Below are positions 38,992 through 49,247 of a stretch of 59,018 nt of DNA, one piece after another. Origin of the DNA: Prevotellaceae bacterium (GTDB lineage Bacteria; Bacteroidota; Bacteroidia; Bacteroidales; Bacteroidaceae). The translations under genes were made by a program, and so were the position numbers. The DNA lies in the NCBI GenBank assembly GCA_022508615.1, contig JAFLUW010000001.1:10772-69789 (forward strand). The letters are read 5' to 3'. Numbering within the stretch: the first letter of the stretch is position 1; each line of letters opens with the position of its first letter. Under the pieces are notes generated by a model. The model was not told where the DNA came from. It was given only the letters and a program-made list of their open reading frames with translations, and did not search any database.

Positions 38992-39906
38992 ATGAAACTT
39001 TTTCTCTCTTTCGGCGCAAACGTCGGCGACCGCCGCGCCGCCATCGACGAGGCCCTCGTCCGGCTCGAACGGCGCGTGGGCCCGCTGTTGCGCCGCTCGG
39101 CTTGCTACGAAACGCGCCCCGAGGGCTTCGTCTCCGACCACGATTTTCTCAACGCCGCGGCGCTCTTCTCGACACAGCTCGGCCCCTTGGAAGTGCTCGA
39201 CGCGGCCGAGGCCGTCGAGCGCGAGCTGGGCCGCACGCACAAAAGCGACGGCCGCGGCTATGCCGACCGAACCATCGACATCGACCTGATTAGTCTCGGC
39301 CCGGTCTGCATGGCGACGCCCCGGCTCACGCTGCCGCATCCGCGCTGGGCCGAACGGCGCTTCGTACTCGAGCCGCTGGCCGAGATTGCGCCCGACGAGC
39401 GGCTGCCGGGCAGCGCGGCGACGGTCTCGCAGCTGCTGGCGCGGCTCAACCGGCTGCACATCGGGCAGCTGACGCGCGCCGACGCGGCCTCGGCGCGTGC
39501 CGCAGAGGCCTTGCTCGCAGCGCTTTCGGGCCGACGGCAGCCTTTTTCGGCGGCCGACCTGCATGCGCTCCTCGCGCGCGCGTCCACTTATATATATATG
39601 GGGCACGACGAACACGGCGCGCCCGTCGCCATGGCCACACTCTGTCTTGCCGCTTCGCCCACAGGGCTGAAAGCGTGGGTGGAGGACGTCGCCGTGCTTC
39701 CCGGCTGTCGCCGTCGCGGCTATGCCCGCGCCCTGCTGTCGCATGTCGAGGCCGAGGCGCGCCGGCTGGGTGCCAAGAGCCTGAACCTCACGTCGCGGCC
39801 CGAGCGCGAGGCGGCCAATGCGCTCTATCGCTCGGCCGGTTTCGCGCTGCGTGCGACGAACGTCTACCGCAAGCCGCTCGACGACGGCTCGACGGCCGTC
39901 GGCTGA
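38992..39906 (+). CDS. folK: HPPK (FolK) fused to a C-terminal GNAT acetyltransferase
   Basis: FGANVG, FLNAA, DRTIDIDL, LPHPR..RRFVLEPL; then VEDVAVLPGCRRRGYA, LTSRPEREAANALY..GF. Confidence 0.88.
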   Translation: MKLFLSFGANVGDRRAAIDEALVRLERRVGPLLRRSACYETRPEGFVSDHDFLNAAALFSTQLGPLEVLDAAEAVERELGRTHKSDGRGYADRTIDIDLISLGPVCMATPRLTLPHPRWAERRFVLEPLAEIAPDERLPGSAATVSQLLARLNRLHIGQLTRADAASARAAEALLAALSGRRQPFSAADLHALLARASTYIYMGHDEHGAPVAMATLCLAASPTGLKAWVEDVAVLPGCRRRGYARALLSHVEAEARRLGAKSLNLTSRPEREAANALYRSAGFALRATNVYRKPLDDGSTAVG

Positions 39907-40029
39907 AAGTTTCGGGCCGCAGGTTTGTCCGTATCGGCAGTTTTGCTGAAATTTGCGCCGCTTCTGCGGAAACGCCCGCGCGGCATTTGCCGCCGGGCGG
40001 GCGATGCGCGGAGCTGAAAGCAGTCGACG

Positions 40030-41472
40030 ATGGTTTTCTCCGATTTATTTTTCCTCTATGTCTTTCTTCCCGCCTTCGCGCTTTGCTACGCCGCGGCGGG
40101 AGCGGCCGACCGTCTGCGCCGCAGCCCCGAAGGCGCGCCGGCATGCAGCGTGCGCAACCTGACGCTCACGCTCTTTTCGCTCGTGTTCTACGCCTGGGGC
40201 GAGCCGGTCTACGTGTTTCTCATGTTGTTCTGCGTGGCGATGAACTATGCCGCCGGCCTGCTTGTGGACCGCTGCACGCGCCGCCGCCGGGCAGCCCTGG
40301 CGGCCGGCGTGGCGGGCAATGTGGCCGTGCTCGGTCTGTTCAAATATGCCGGATTCGCCTGCCGCAGCCTCGCCGCGCTGGGACTCGACCTGCCCGAACC
40401 GCATATCGCCCTGCCCATAGGCATCAGTTTCTATACGTTTCAGTCCATTTCCTATCTCGTCGACGTCTATCGTCGCGAAGCGCCCTGTCAGCGGCGGCTG
40501 GGCGGCCTGCTGCTCTACATTTCGATGTTCCCGCAGCTCATAGCCGGCCCCATCGTGCGCTACGACGCGGTGGCGCGCGAAATTACGCAGCGTCGCGCCT
40601 CGGCAGCCGACGTGGCCGACGGCGTGTTCCGCTTTCTCGTCGGACTGGGCAAGAAAGTGGTGCTGGCCAATCAGCTTTCCGAAATCTCGACAGCCTTTCT
40701 CGCCGGCGGAGCGCCCGCCTCGACGCTCGCAGCGTGGACCGGCATCGCCGCCTTTACGCTGCAAATCTATTTTGACTTTTCCGGCTACTCCGACATGGCC
40801 ATCGGTCTGGGACGATGCTTGGGCTTCCACTTTCCGGAAAACTTCCGCCATCCCTATTGCTGCACTTCGGTCACCGACTTCTGGCGGCGCTGGCACATTT
40901 CGCTGGGCAGTTTCTTCCGCGACTACGTCTACATCCCCATGGGCGGGAACCGACGGCACCAGGGGCTGAACATCATGACCGTATGGCTGCTCACGGGCCT
41001 GTGGCACGGCGCGAGCTGGAATTTTGTGCTCTGGGGATTGTGGTTCGGCGTGATTGTGACGCTCGAAAAGTACACGCTGCTGCGCGTGGCACAGCGCATA
41101 CCGCGCGTGTTGCTCCATGTATACAGCCTGACGCTCGTCGTGGCCGGCTGGGGGCTGTTCTATTTCGAGGACTTCGCGGCCATGCACGCCTTTTTCGCCG
41201 CCATTTGCGGACTGACGGGCGACGCGGCCGACTTTGCGGCCCGTTCGGCGCTGACGGACAGCTTCTGGCTGTGGGTGGCGGCCCTGTTGTGCTGCCTGCC
41301 GCTGCGTCGGGCGGCCGCAACGCTGGCCGACTGTCTTCCGGGCGGCCGTCTGCTTCGCGCGCCGGCCGCCGTTCTGGCCGCGAGACTTGTGCTGTCGGTC
41401 GCTTTGCTTGCGGCAAGCACGGCTTTGCTTGTCGGCGCGACGAACAACGCCTTTATATATACACGTTTCTGA
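40030..41472 (+). CDS. MBOAT O-acyltransferase (AlgI/PatA-like)
   Basis: LPIGISFYTFQ, FPQLIAGPI, YFDFSGYSDMAIG, FWRRWHISL, GLWHGA. Confidence 0.93.
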   Translation: MVFSDLFFLYVFLPAFALCYAAAGAADRLRRSPEGAPACSVRNLTLTLFSLVFYAWGEPVYVFLMLFCVAMNYAAGLLVDRCTRRRRAALAAGVAGNVAVLGLFKYAGFACRSLAALGLDLPEPHIALPIGISFYTFQSISYLVDVYRREAPCQRRLGGLLLYISMFPQLIAGPIVRYDAVAREITQRRASAADVADGVFRFLVGLGKKVVLANQLSEISTAFLAGGAPASTLAAWTGIAAFTLQIYFDFSGYSDMAIGLGRCLGFHFPENFRHPYCCTSVTDFWRRWHISLGSFFRDYVYIPMGGNRRHQGLNIMTVWLLTGLWHGASWNFVLWGLWFGVIVTLEKYTLLRVAQRIPRVLLHVYSLTLVVAGWGLFYFEDFAAMHAFFAAICGLTGDAADFAARSALTDSFWLWVAALLCCLPLRRAAATLADCLPGGRLLRAPAAVLAARLVLSVALLAASTALLVGATNNAFIYTRF

Positions 41473-41498
41473 AACTTTGTCGAAACTGATGCCCTCCT

Positions 41499-42923
41499 AT
41501 GTCACACAATAAGGCATATATAGCTGTCGTGGGGACGATTTTTGCTGCTGCGGCGGCCGTGCTGGACTTTTTTCCGCGCAGCGCGTATTCCGAACTCGAG
41601 AAACGCGAGCTCTCGGCCTTTCCCGTTTTTTCGGCCGACAGCCTGCGCAGCGGCGCATTCACGCGTGCGGTCTCGGCATGGTTCAGCGACACGGAGCCTT
41701 TCCGCGATGCGTTCATGACGTTCAGTATGAAGCTCAAAGACTGGCAGCGTCTGCGCACGGGAGCCGGCCGCGTGACGTTTCATGCCGCCGAGCCGGTCGC
41801 TGCAGCCGGTGCCACGGCCGATTCGGCCGCAGTCGGCGGGCCGCAGCCGGCCGTTGTCGACGAAAATGCCCGCATCGTCAACTCCGGAGGCATCGTCATT
41901 GCCGGCGAAGGCGGGCGCATCCGGGGGCTTGTGGCCTTTGGCGGCGGAACGGCGGGCTGCAAGGCCTACGCCGACGCGGCCAATCTCTACGCAGAGACGT
42001 TCGGACCGTCGGTAAGGGTCTATCTCATGGTGATTCCCACGGCCATAGAGTTCTATTGTCCGCCGTCGGCAGCCCGTTGCACGCGGCCGCAGCGGCCTGT
42101 CATCGAGGAAGCGCACGCCCGGCTGGCGCATGGCGTGCGTGCGGTCGACGTCTATCCCGTCTTGCAGGCGCATGCCGGCGAGGACATCTATCTGCGCACG
42201 GACCATCACTGGGCGCCGCTCGGCGCATACTATGCCGCGCGCGAATTTGCCCGCGTGGCGGGTGTGGCATTCAGGGGGCTGGACGCTTATGAGCGGCGCG
42301 TGGTCCGCCGGTACGTGGGAAGTATGTACGGATACTCCCGCGAAATCGGTTTCAAGGACGCGCCCGAGGACTTTGTCTTCTACGTGCCGCACGAGACGAG
42401 CTACACGACGACGTATGTCGACTATACGGTCGACGACAGCTTTCGCATCACGGCCGAAAGCCGGCCTCACGGCGGGCCGTTCTTTCAGCGCTACCGCGAT
42501 GGAAGCAGTGGAGCCTACTGCACGTTCATGGGCAGCGACAAACGCCTGACGAAGGTCGAAACATCGGCGCCGGGCGGCCGCCGTCTGCTGATACTGAAGG
42601 ACAGTTTCGGCAATGCGCTGCCGGGCTACCTGTTCTATTCGTTCGAGGAGATACATGTGGTCGACTCGCGCTATTTTCTGAAAAACATGAAGGCTTACGT
42701 GGCCGAAAATGACATTACGGACATTCTCTTTGCCAACAACATTTTCAAGGCAAGCTCGCCGGCCACGTATCGCAACTACGTCCGTTTCCTTTCGCAGCCG
42801 GGAACCGTACCGCCCCGCCCTGCCGCTCCGCCGGCTGACGCTGCCGACGCGCACGAAGCGGCTCCGGCCGCCGGGCTGCCGGCCGAAACGGCTGCCGGAA
42901 ACGACAGTATCACCGCGTCGTAG
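41499..42923 (+). CDS. DHHW/AlgJ-like O-acetyltransferase partner
   Basis: SELEKREL, YLRTDHHW, LKDSFGN, VDSRY. Confidence 0.85.
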   Translation: MSHNKAYIAVVGTIFAAAAAVLDFFPRSAYSELEKRELSAFPVFSADSLRSGAFTRAVSAWFSDTEPFRDAFMTFSMKLKDWQRLRTGAGRVTFHAAEPVAAAGATADSAAVGGPQPAVVDENARIVNSGGIVIAGEGGRIRGLVAFGGGTAGCKAYADAANLYAETFGPSVRVYLMVIPTAIEFYCPPSAARCTRPQRPVIEEAHARLAHGVRAVDVYPVLQAHAGEDIYLRTDHHWAPLGAYYAAREFARVAGVAFRGLDAYERRVVRRYVGSMYGYSREIGFKDAPEDFVFYVPHETSYTTTYVDYTVDDSFRITAESRPHGGPFFQRYRDGSSGAYCTFMGSDKRLTKVETSAPGGRRLLILKDSFGNALPGYLFYSFEEIHVVDSRYFLKNMKAYVAENDITDILFANNIFKASSPATYRNYVRFLSQPGTVPPRPAAPPADAADAHEAAPAAGLPAETAAGNDSITAS

Positions 42924-42955
42924 ACCGCTGTGTCGGACAAAGACGGAGATAGGCA

Positions 42956-43018
42956 AAACCTACAGGGAGTAAGTTTCAACTTAGTCTGAATTAGTTGAAA
43001 CTTACTCCCTGTAAGTTT
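42956..43018. repeat. 21-bp unit array, 3 units with variant cores
   Basis: AAACCTACAGGGAGTAAGTTT / CAACTTAGTCTGAATTAGTTG / AAACTTACTCCCTGTAAGTTT. Confidence 0.9.
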
Positions 43019-43064
43019 TGCCTCCGGCGCAGATACTGGCAATCAGGCCTTTCTTCGGTGCGCC

Positions 43065-44117
43065 TCAGTCCACGATGAGCATCACGTCGCCATAGGGCCC
43101 GAACTTGTAGCCCTCCTTCATGGCCACTTGGTAGGCGTGCATCGTGTAATCGTAGTTGCCGAAAGCCGTGGTCAGCATCAGAAGCGTGGAATAGGGCATC
43201 TGGAAGTTCGACAACATGGCGTCGGCCACGGAGAAGTCGTAGTGGGGGAAGATGAACTTGTTGGTCCAGCCCTCGAACTCCTTGATGCGGGCGTCCGGGC
43301 CTACGCAAGTTTCGAGTGCGCGCTGCACGGTCGTCCCGACGGCCAGCACGCGGTGGCCTCCGTCCTTGGCGCGGTTGACCGTGCGGCAGCATTCGGCGCC
43401 GACGAACATGGATTCGCTGTCCATCTTGTGTTTCGTCAGGTCTTCGACGTCGGTCTGGCGAAATGCGCCCAGCCCGCAGTGGAGCGTGAGGTAGGCTGCG
43501 TCGATGTCGGCCAGTTCCATGCGCTTGAGCATGGTGCGCGAGAAGTGCATGCCGGCCGTGGGGGCCGTGACGGCGCCTTCGTGGCGGGCGAAGACGCACT
43601 GAAAGCGCTCCAAGTCCTCGGGTTCGCTCTCGCGGCCGATGAGTCGGGGCACCGGAGCTTCGCCCAGGGCGTAGAGCGCACGGCGGAACTCCTCGTGCTC
43701 GCCTTCGTAGAGGAAGCGGAGCGTGCGTCCGCGGCTCGTCGTGTTGTCGATGACTTCGGCTACGATGGAGGAGTCGTCGCCGAAGTAGAGCTTGTTGCCG
43801 ATACGTATCTTCCGGGCCGGATCGACCAGCACGTCCCACAAGCGAAGCTCCTCGTTGAGCTCGCGCAAAAGGAAGACTTCGATGCGTGCGCCCGTCTTCT
43901 CCTTGTTTCCGTAGAGGCGGGCGGGAAACACCTTGGTGTCGTTGAACACGAAGACGTCGTGCGCAGAGAAATGCGAGAGCAGCTGCTTGAAGTTTTCGTG
44001 CTCGATGTCGCCCGTTTTGCGATGAAGCACCATCATGCGGCAGTCTTCACGGTTGTCGGACGGATATTGTGCGATAAGCTCCTGTGGCAGTTTGTAGTTG
44101 AATTGGGAAAGTTTCAT
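43065..44117 (-). CDS. queA: S-adenosylmethionine:tRNA ribosyltransferase-isomerase
   Basis: [40 protein letters not shown]. Confidence 0.95.
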   Translation of the reverse strand: MKLSQFNYKLPQELIAQYPSDNREDCRMMVLHRKTGDIEHENFKQLLSHFSAHDVFVFNDTKVFPARLYGNKEKTGARIEVFLLRELNEELRLWDVLVDPARKIRIGNKLYFGDDSSIVAEVIDNTTSRGRTLRFLYEGEHEEFRRALYALGEAPVPRLIGRESEPEDLERFQCVFARHEGAVTAPTAGMHFSRTMLKRMELADIDAAYLTLHCGLGAFRQTDVEDLTKHKMDSESMFVGAECCRTVNRAKDGGHRVLAVGTTVQRALETCVGPDARIKEFEGWTNKFIFPHYDFSVADAMLSNFQMPYSTLLMLTTAFGNYDYTMHAYQVAMKEGYKFGPYGDVMLIVD

Positions 44118-44209
44118 GTATGCGTGTCGGTATTGCTGTTGTTGCGTTGTTTTTCGCTTTCGATGCGTTTTCTTTTGCGGTTATTGCCCGATTTTTCGTT
44201 GTCGATGCC

Positions 44210-44920
44210 TTATGTTTCGGGAATTTCTATGGTTTGCCGGCCGAGCCAGGCTTCAAAGTCGTCGATTGTCGGGAAACAGTCGCCGATGTTGTGGTTGCCG
44301 ACGCGTGTGCGCCGCAGGGCCGTCAGGTGCGCGCCGCTGTCGAGTGCCATACCGAGATCGCGGGCCAGCGCACGTATGTATGTGCCTTTCGAACAGACGA
44401 TGCGCAGGGTGATTTCCTCGGGCAGGCGGCTGTCGATCAGTTCTAATTCGTCGATGCGCAGCAGCCGGGGTTTGATTTCGACCTGTTCGCCGCGCCGGGC
44501 AAGGTCGTAGGCGCGCTTTCCTCCCACCTTGCAGGCCGAAAAGGCCGGCGGTTGCTGCCAGATGTCGCCCCGGAAGCGGCCGAGCGCCTCGTCGACGAGA
44601 GTTGACGTGATGTGGGCGGTGGGGTAGGTGCAGTCGATGTTGTGTTCGAGGTCGAAGCTCGGCGTAGTGGCCCCCAACCGCAGCGTAGCCACGTATTCCT
44701 TGACGCCGGTTTGCAGCTCTTCGATGCGTTTCGTGGCGCGGCCCGTGCAGACCACCATGACGCCCGTGGCCAACGGGTCGAGCGTGCCGGCATGGCCCAC
44801 TTTGAGCCGCCGTCCGCCCATGGCGCGGGTCAGCAGCCAGCGCACTTTGCCCACGAGGGCGAACGAAGTCATGCCAAGCGGCTTGTCGAAAGCCAGTATC
44901 TCGCCGTCGATGAAATTCAT
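44210..44920 (-). CDS. truB: tRNA pseudouridine(55) synthase
   Basis: [28 protein letters not shown]. Confidence 0.96.
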   Translation of the reverse strand: MNFIDGEILAFDKPLGMTSFALVGKVRWLLTRAMGGRRLKVGHAGTLDPLATGVMVVCTGRATKRIEELQTGVKEYVATLRLGATTPSFDLEHNIDCTYPTAHITSTLVDEALGRFRGDIWQQPPAFSACKVGGKRAYDLARRGEQVEIKPRLLRIDELELIDSRLPEEITLRIVCSKGTYIRALARDLGMALDSGAHLTALRRTRVGNHNIGDCFPTIDDFEAWLGRQTIEIPET

Positions 44921-45732
44921 GCGCCGATAAAGTGGAGGGCGAAGGCTGCCGCGGCGGCTGCCACGCAATAGAGGGCAAAGTATATGAGTTTGCCGCGACG
45001 CACGATGCCTATCATCCAGCGGCAGGCCAGACATCCGCTGACGAAAGCGGCTGCAAATCCGGCGAAGAGGGCCGATGCAGAGAGGCCGCCCAGCGCTTCT
45101 GTCCCGCCGTCCTTGAATATCTTCAGCGTGTCGAGCAAGGCTTCGCCCAATATGGGCGGAATGACCATGAGGAACGAGAATTTGGCCATCTGTTCCTTGC
45201 GGTTGCCCAGCAAAAGGCCCGTGGCGATCGTCGAACCCGAGCGCGAGAGGCCGGGCAGCACGGCTACGGCCTGCGCCAAGCCGATGACGAAGGCGTGAAG
45301 CGGCGATATTTGCTCGCGCTGCCGCGGTCGGGCGAAGTGGGTGAAAGCCAGCAGGGCGGCCGTCAGCAACAGGCAGCAGCCCACGACGAGAAGCCCTTCG
45401 CCAAAGATGCTTTCGACTTGCTCTTTGAAGCAAAGTCCCACCACGCCGATGGGTATCATCGAGATGAGGATGTTCACGACGTAGCGTTGCTCGTCGTTGT
45501 ATCCGCTACCGAAGTCGAGCGAACCGCGCACGAGCGTCCACACCTCGCGACCCAGAACAACGAGCGTCGAGAGCACCGTGGCCACGTGTACGGCTATGGT
45601 AAAGGCCATGTTTTCCTCGGCTTCGATGCCGAAAAGGGCCGCGCCGATGGTCAGATGGCCGCTCGACGAGACGGGAAGGTATTCCGTGAGGCCCTGAACG
45701 AGACCTAAAACAAGGGCTTGCAGCGTATCCAT
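44917..45732 (-). CDS. uppP: Undecaprenyl-diphosphate phosphatase
   Basis: [24 protein letters not shown]. Confidence 0.95.
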   Translation of the reverse strand: MDTLQALVLGLVQGLTEYLPVSSSGHLTIGAALFGIEAEENMAFTIAVHVATVLSTLVVLGREVWTLVRGSLDFGSGYNDEQRYVVNILISMIPIGVVGLCFKEQVESIFGEGLLVVGCCLLLTAALLAFTHFARPRQREQISPLHAFVIGLAQAVAVLPGLSRSGSTIATGLLLGNRKEQMAKFSFLMVIPPILGEALLDTLKIFKDGGTEALGGLSASALFAGFAAAFVSGCLACRWMIGIVRRGKLIYFALYCVAAAAAAFALHFIGA

Positions 45733-45743
45733 CTTCTTTCGGC

Positions 45744-45968
45744 TCAGCTTTTAGGTTTGCGTATGATGGCGTAGGCCATGAACAGGTAGCCGAAGAGACA
45801 GACGGCCGGTGCCATGCGCACGCGTCGCACGCTGAAAATTTCAGGGTCGAATGTTTCGCGCGTCGAGCCTGTGCCCGACATGAGCACGAAGCCGGCGATG
45901 ACGGCCAGCATGCCGACAGCCAGCAGAATGAAGTTCACGCGGTCGAAAGCGAACGTTCTTTTTTCCAT
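45744..45968 (-). CDS. DUF3098-family small membrane protein
   Basis: [27 protein letters not shown]; located between ftsX and uppP. Confidence 0.85.
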   Translation of the reverse strand: MEKRTFAFDRVNFILLAVGMLAVIAGFVLMSGTGSTRETFDPEIFSVRRVRMAPAVCLFGYLFMAYAIIRKPKS

Positions 45969-46001
45969 TTTGTCTTATATATATAATGGGTGTTGGGAGA
46001 A

Positions 46002-46877
46002 TCAGTGCAGAAAGACTTCGCTGCCGCGCATTCTCAGGAAGCGGTTTACGCTGAAATAGGCGCAAACGAGCGTCAGCAGCATGCCGCAGCCGAGCACCAC
46101 GGCGAGCGTCGTGGCGATAACGGTCGGCGTGGCCAATGTCGCAACGTAAATGTCGAGCGAGAGCATCATGTAGATGCCTGTGCCCAATAGCACGTCGGCC
46201 AGCAGGCCGCTCACGAGCCCTATGCCCATGGCGCGCAGCAGGAACGGCCGGCGGATGAAGCGCCAGCGGGCGCCGACGAGTTTCATCGTGTGTATCGTGA
46301 AGCGCCGGGCGTAGACGTTGAGGCGTATGGTGTTGTTAATCAGTGCGAACGACACGAACGCCAGCAGTCCGGCCACGATGAGCATCACTAGCCCGGTCAG
46401 CGGCAGCGCGTAGTCCACGAAATTCATCATTTCTTTCGGATAAATCACGTCGGCCACGTCCTTGCGCCGCCGCAATTCAGGCACGTGGCGCTGCAGGCTG
46501 TCGGGGCAGGCGTATTCGGCTTTGAGATAGAGTTCGAACTCGTCGGGAATGGGGCTGTAGCCGAGGAAATCGCTCGGCGCTTCCTTCATGAGAGCCGCCA
46601 TCTCGGCCGTGCCGCGCTCCTTGGAGATGTAAGCCGTATGGCGCACGTAGGGAAGCCGCCTCAGCTCCGTCTGCATGCGGTAGAGATCGGCCCGGCTGAG
46701 GCTGTCGGCCACGAGAACCTGCAGCGTAAAGTTCTCGCGCAATTGTCGGCTGAAGCCTGCTCCGGCCTGAACGAAGAAAACGACGATGCCCAGCAGCAGC
46801 AGCACGAGCGTGGTGCTGATGCACGAACTGAGCGTGTTGAAAAGTCCGCCGCCATGGCGTTTGCGTGGAGAAGACAT
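46002..46877 (-). CDS. ftsX: Cell division permease FtsX
   Basis: ISTTLVLLLLG, LINNTIRL..RRFTIHTMKLVGA..FIRRPF. Confidence 0.92.
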   Translation of the reverse strand: MSSPRKRHGGGLFNTLSSCISTTLVLLLLGIVVFFVQAGAGFSRQLRENFTLQVLVADSLSRADLYRMQTELRRLPYVRHTAYISKERGTAEMAALMKEAPSDFLGYSPIPDEFELYLKAEYACPDSLQRHVPELRRRKDVADVIYPKEMMNFVDYALPLTGLVMLIVAGLLAFVSFALINNTIRLNVYARRFTIHTMKLVGARWRFIRRPFLLRAMGIGLVSGLLADVLLGTGIYMMLSLDIYVATLATPTVIATTLAVVLGCGMLLTLVCAYFSVNRFLRMRGSEVFLH

Positions 46878-47173
46878 GGGTACAATTATCGAAATTTGCC
46901 ACAAAATTACGTTTTTTTGTCCGACAAGTGCCCTTTGTTCCTTCACTTTTTACCGTGTGCGCCCGTTTCGGCTTCTTTCCCAGGTCGTTGCGCGGAAACT
47001 TAGAAGCCGTTGCGGCTTGTCGTCTGCGGTTGTCGTGCCCGCAGTTCCGCCCGGGTGTGGCGGGACGGGGTGCTTGTTTTTTTTGTTTCCGGACAGTTCG
47101 GTGAAATGCGCATTCTTGTCATTTTCAACGTACTGAATTTCTCTCTTTGTTGTCGATTCCGTAAATTTGCACC

Positions 47174-48686
47174 ATGCGTTTCTCTCCCCCCCCCTTATAT
47201 TTTTGGCGGCAGTATGCGTCGCGTTGTCTTTAGTCTCGTGTGAAGACGAGTCGGGCGAAGTTGTTCCTCAGTTGTCGGGAACCAATGTGGTCGAACTCGT
47301 AGTCGACGGCTATAAAGCCGTCGAGACAAGACCGGGCTGCCTCGAAGTATGCCTGCCCTACGGCACGAGGTTGCACGCCCTTCCCGGCACGATCGAGACG
47401 GACGGCGGTATGGCCGAAGTGCGCAGCATGCAGCGCGACTCGCTGGCTGCGGAGGCCGACTCGGCGGCCTTCGTTTTCGACTTGTCGCTGCCCGACACCA
47501 TCGTGGTCAGTGCATCGGACGGCCGTCAGGTCGTCTACACCCTCTCGGCGCACTTTTCGCATCTGCCCGTGGTCTATCTTTCGACGCCGGCGCCTGTCAC
47601 GAGCCGCACAGAGTGGACCGAAGGCTGCACGATGACCGTCTGCCACGCCGGTGCAGCCGATGCTTTCTATATGCCGGCGCCGAGGTGCGCGGCCGCGGTA
47701 ACTCCACGTGGAGCTGTCCCCAAAAGCCATACGCCGTCAGGCTCGGTAAGCGGGCCTCCGTGCTGGGCATGCCCGAGCATCGCCGCTGGGTGCTGCTGGC
47801 CAACTGGTTCGATCCTTCGAATCTGCGCTCCGAACTGGGCTTTTTTCTTGGCCGGCAGACGAGGCTTGCCTACACGCCGCGCACGGCCTTTGTCGAACTC
47901 GTTGTGAACGGCGAGTTTCAGGGCGTCTATCAGCTGGCTGAGCAAATCAAAATCGACCCTAACCGCCTCGACATCCCCGAAGAGAGTTATTTGCTCGAGA
48001 CCGACCAGCGCGCCAGCGCAGCGGCGGGCGACGTTTTCTTTTCCGTCGGACACATGACGTGGCCGGTCGTCGTCAAATCGCCCGATACGGCCGTCGGCGA
48101 ACCTGAATACGAACACATCGTCAGCTATATGGACGGTGTCGACCGTGCTCTTTTCGGGCCGGACTTTTGCGACGCAGCCCGAGGGTACGCTGCGTGGTTG
48201 GATGTCGACTCGTTTGTCGAATGGTATTTAGTCAACGAAATCACGAAGAACAACGACGCCATCTTCTTCGCCTCTTGTTTCATGCATCTCGCGCCCGGCG
48301 GCAAACTCACGATGGGTCCGCTCTGGGATTTCGACCTTGCTTTCGGCAATACGCTCTCCAACGGCAACGATGTCCCCGAGGGTTTCTGGATTAAGCGCGC
48401 CACGCCCTGGTTCGCCCGTCTTTTCGAGGACCCTGCCTTCGTGGCGCGTGTCAAGCAGCGCTATGCCGAAATCTATGCCGGCCGCTCGCAGTTGTTCCAC
48501 GAGCTCGACCGGCTGGCCGCCAGCCTTTCGCCTGCGGTGCCGGGCAATAATTCGGTGTGGAACTTCTACGACGGAGGTGCCGACGCGACCCGGGTGCTCT
48601 ATGCCTACGACGCCGATGTCGAACGGTTGCGCGATTGGCTCGAAATACGCTTCGAGTGGCTTCGGACGGAGTTCGGGAAAATGTAG
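47174..48686 (+). pseudogene. CotH-kinase-family lipoprotein, frameshifted at a C9 tract and at about 47670
   Basis: Lipobox LSLVSC and LPVVYL lie in one frame; RGRGNSTW, KPY, WVLLAN, GVYQLAEQ and GPLWDFDLAFG lie in another; the ATG at 47174 is in the third frame. Confidence 0.75.
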
Positions 48687-48786
48687 GCAGGCCGTCTCCC
48701 TCCTCTTTCTTCGTCTCGCTGCAAACCCGGCTGCGTGCCGGCCGTTGCCGTCGGGGGCTTCCGGCTTGTGCTGCCTGCGCCGTTTT

Positions 48787-48870
48787 CAGCAAACGCAGAG
48801 ATAGTCGAAACTATCTCTGCGTAAGTTTTAATTTAGTCTGAGATAATTCGAACTATCTCTGTGTAAGTTT
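48787..48870. repeat. 21-bp unit array, degenerate (3 clear units plus 1 weak)
   Basis: AAACTATCTCTGCGTAAGTTT (48808) / TAATTTAGTCTGAGATAATTC / GAACTATCTCTGTGTAAGTTT. Confidence 0.85.
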
Positions 48871-49071
48871 CCGCTTCCGTCCGGATAAAGGGCGGATAAG
48901 CTGCAAGTATTTTATTTTCATGAGATTATGGCGCGTCTTCCTGTCCGACGGACAGCGGCGGCTCCGCAGGGCGTGCATGGCCTGCGGAGCTGCCGCCGCT
49001 GCGCCCGTGGCTTTTCTTCCGGTGGGGCGAACAGTGCGGAAACGGCCGGTCGTCGTCTCCCGCGCTGCCGC

Positions 49072-49140
49072 TGCGGGTCGGGCGCGTTGCGTTGCGGGTC
49101 GGGCGCGTTGCGTTGCGGGTCGGGCGCGTTGCGTTGCGGG
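49072..49140. repeat. GC-rich 21-bp tandem repeat (3.3 copies)
   Basis: TGCGGGTCGGGCGCGTTGCGT x3 + TGCGGG. Confidence 0.95.
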
Positions 49141-49153
49141 CTGCCGGGTGGGT

Positions 49154-49195
49154 AAAAAGAAGCTCCGCCGTCCGGACAGAAGCGGACGGCGGAGC
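49154..49195 (-). terminator. Rho-independent terminator of ompA
   Basis: 13-bp stem GCTCCGCCGTCCG/CGGACGGCGGAGC, then TTCTTTTT on the minus strand. Confidence 0.8.
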
Positions 49196-49247
49196 CTTGG
49201 GAAAACATGTCGTGCCGCCGGCAGCGAGCCGGCCGCCGCAGGAAGAA

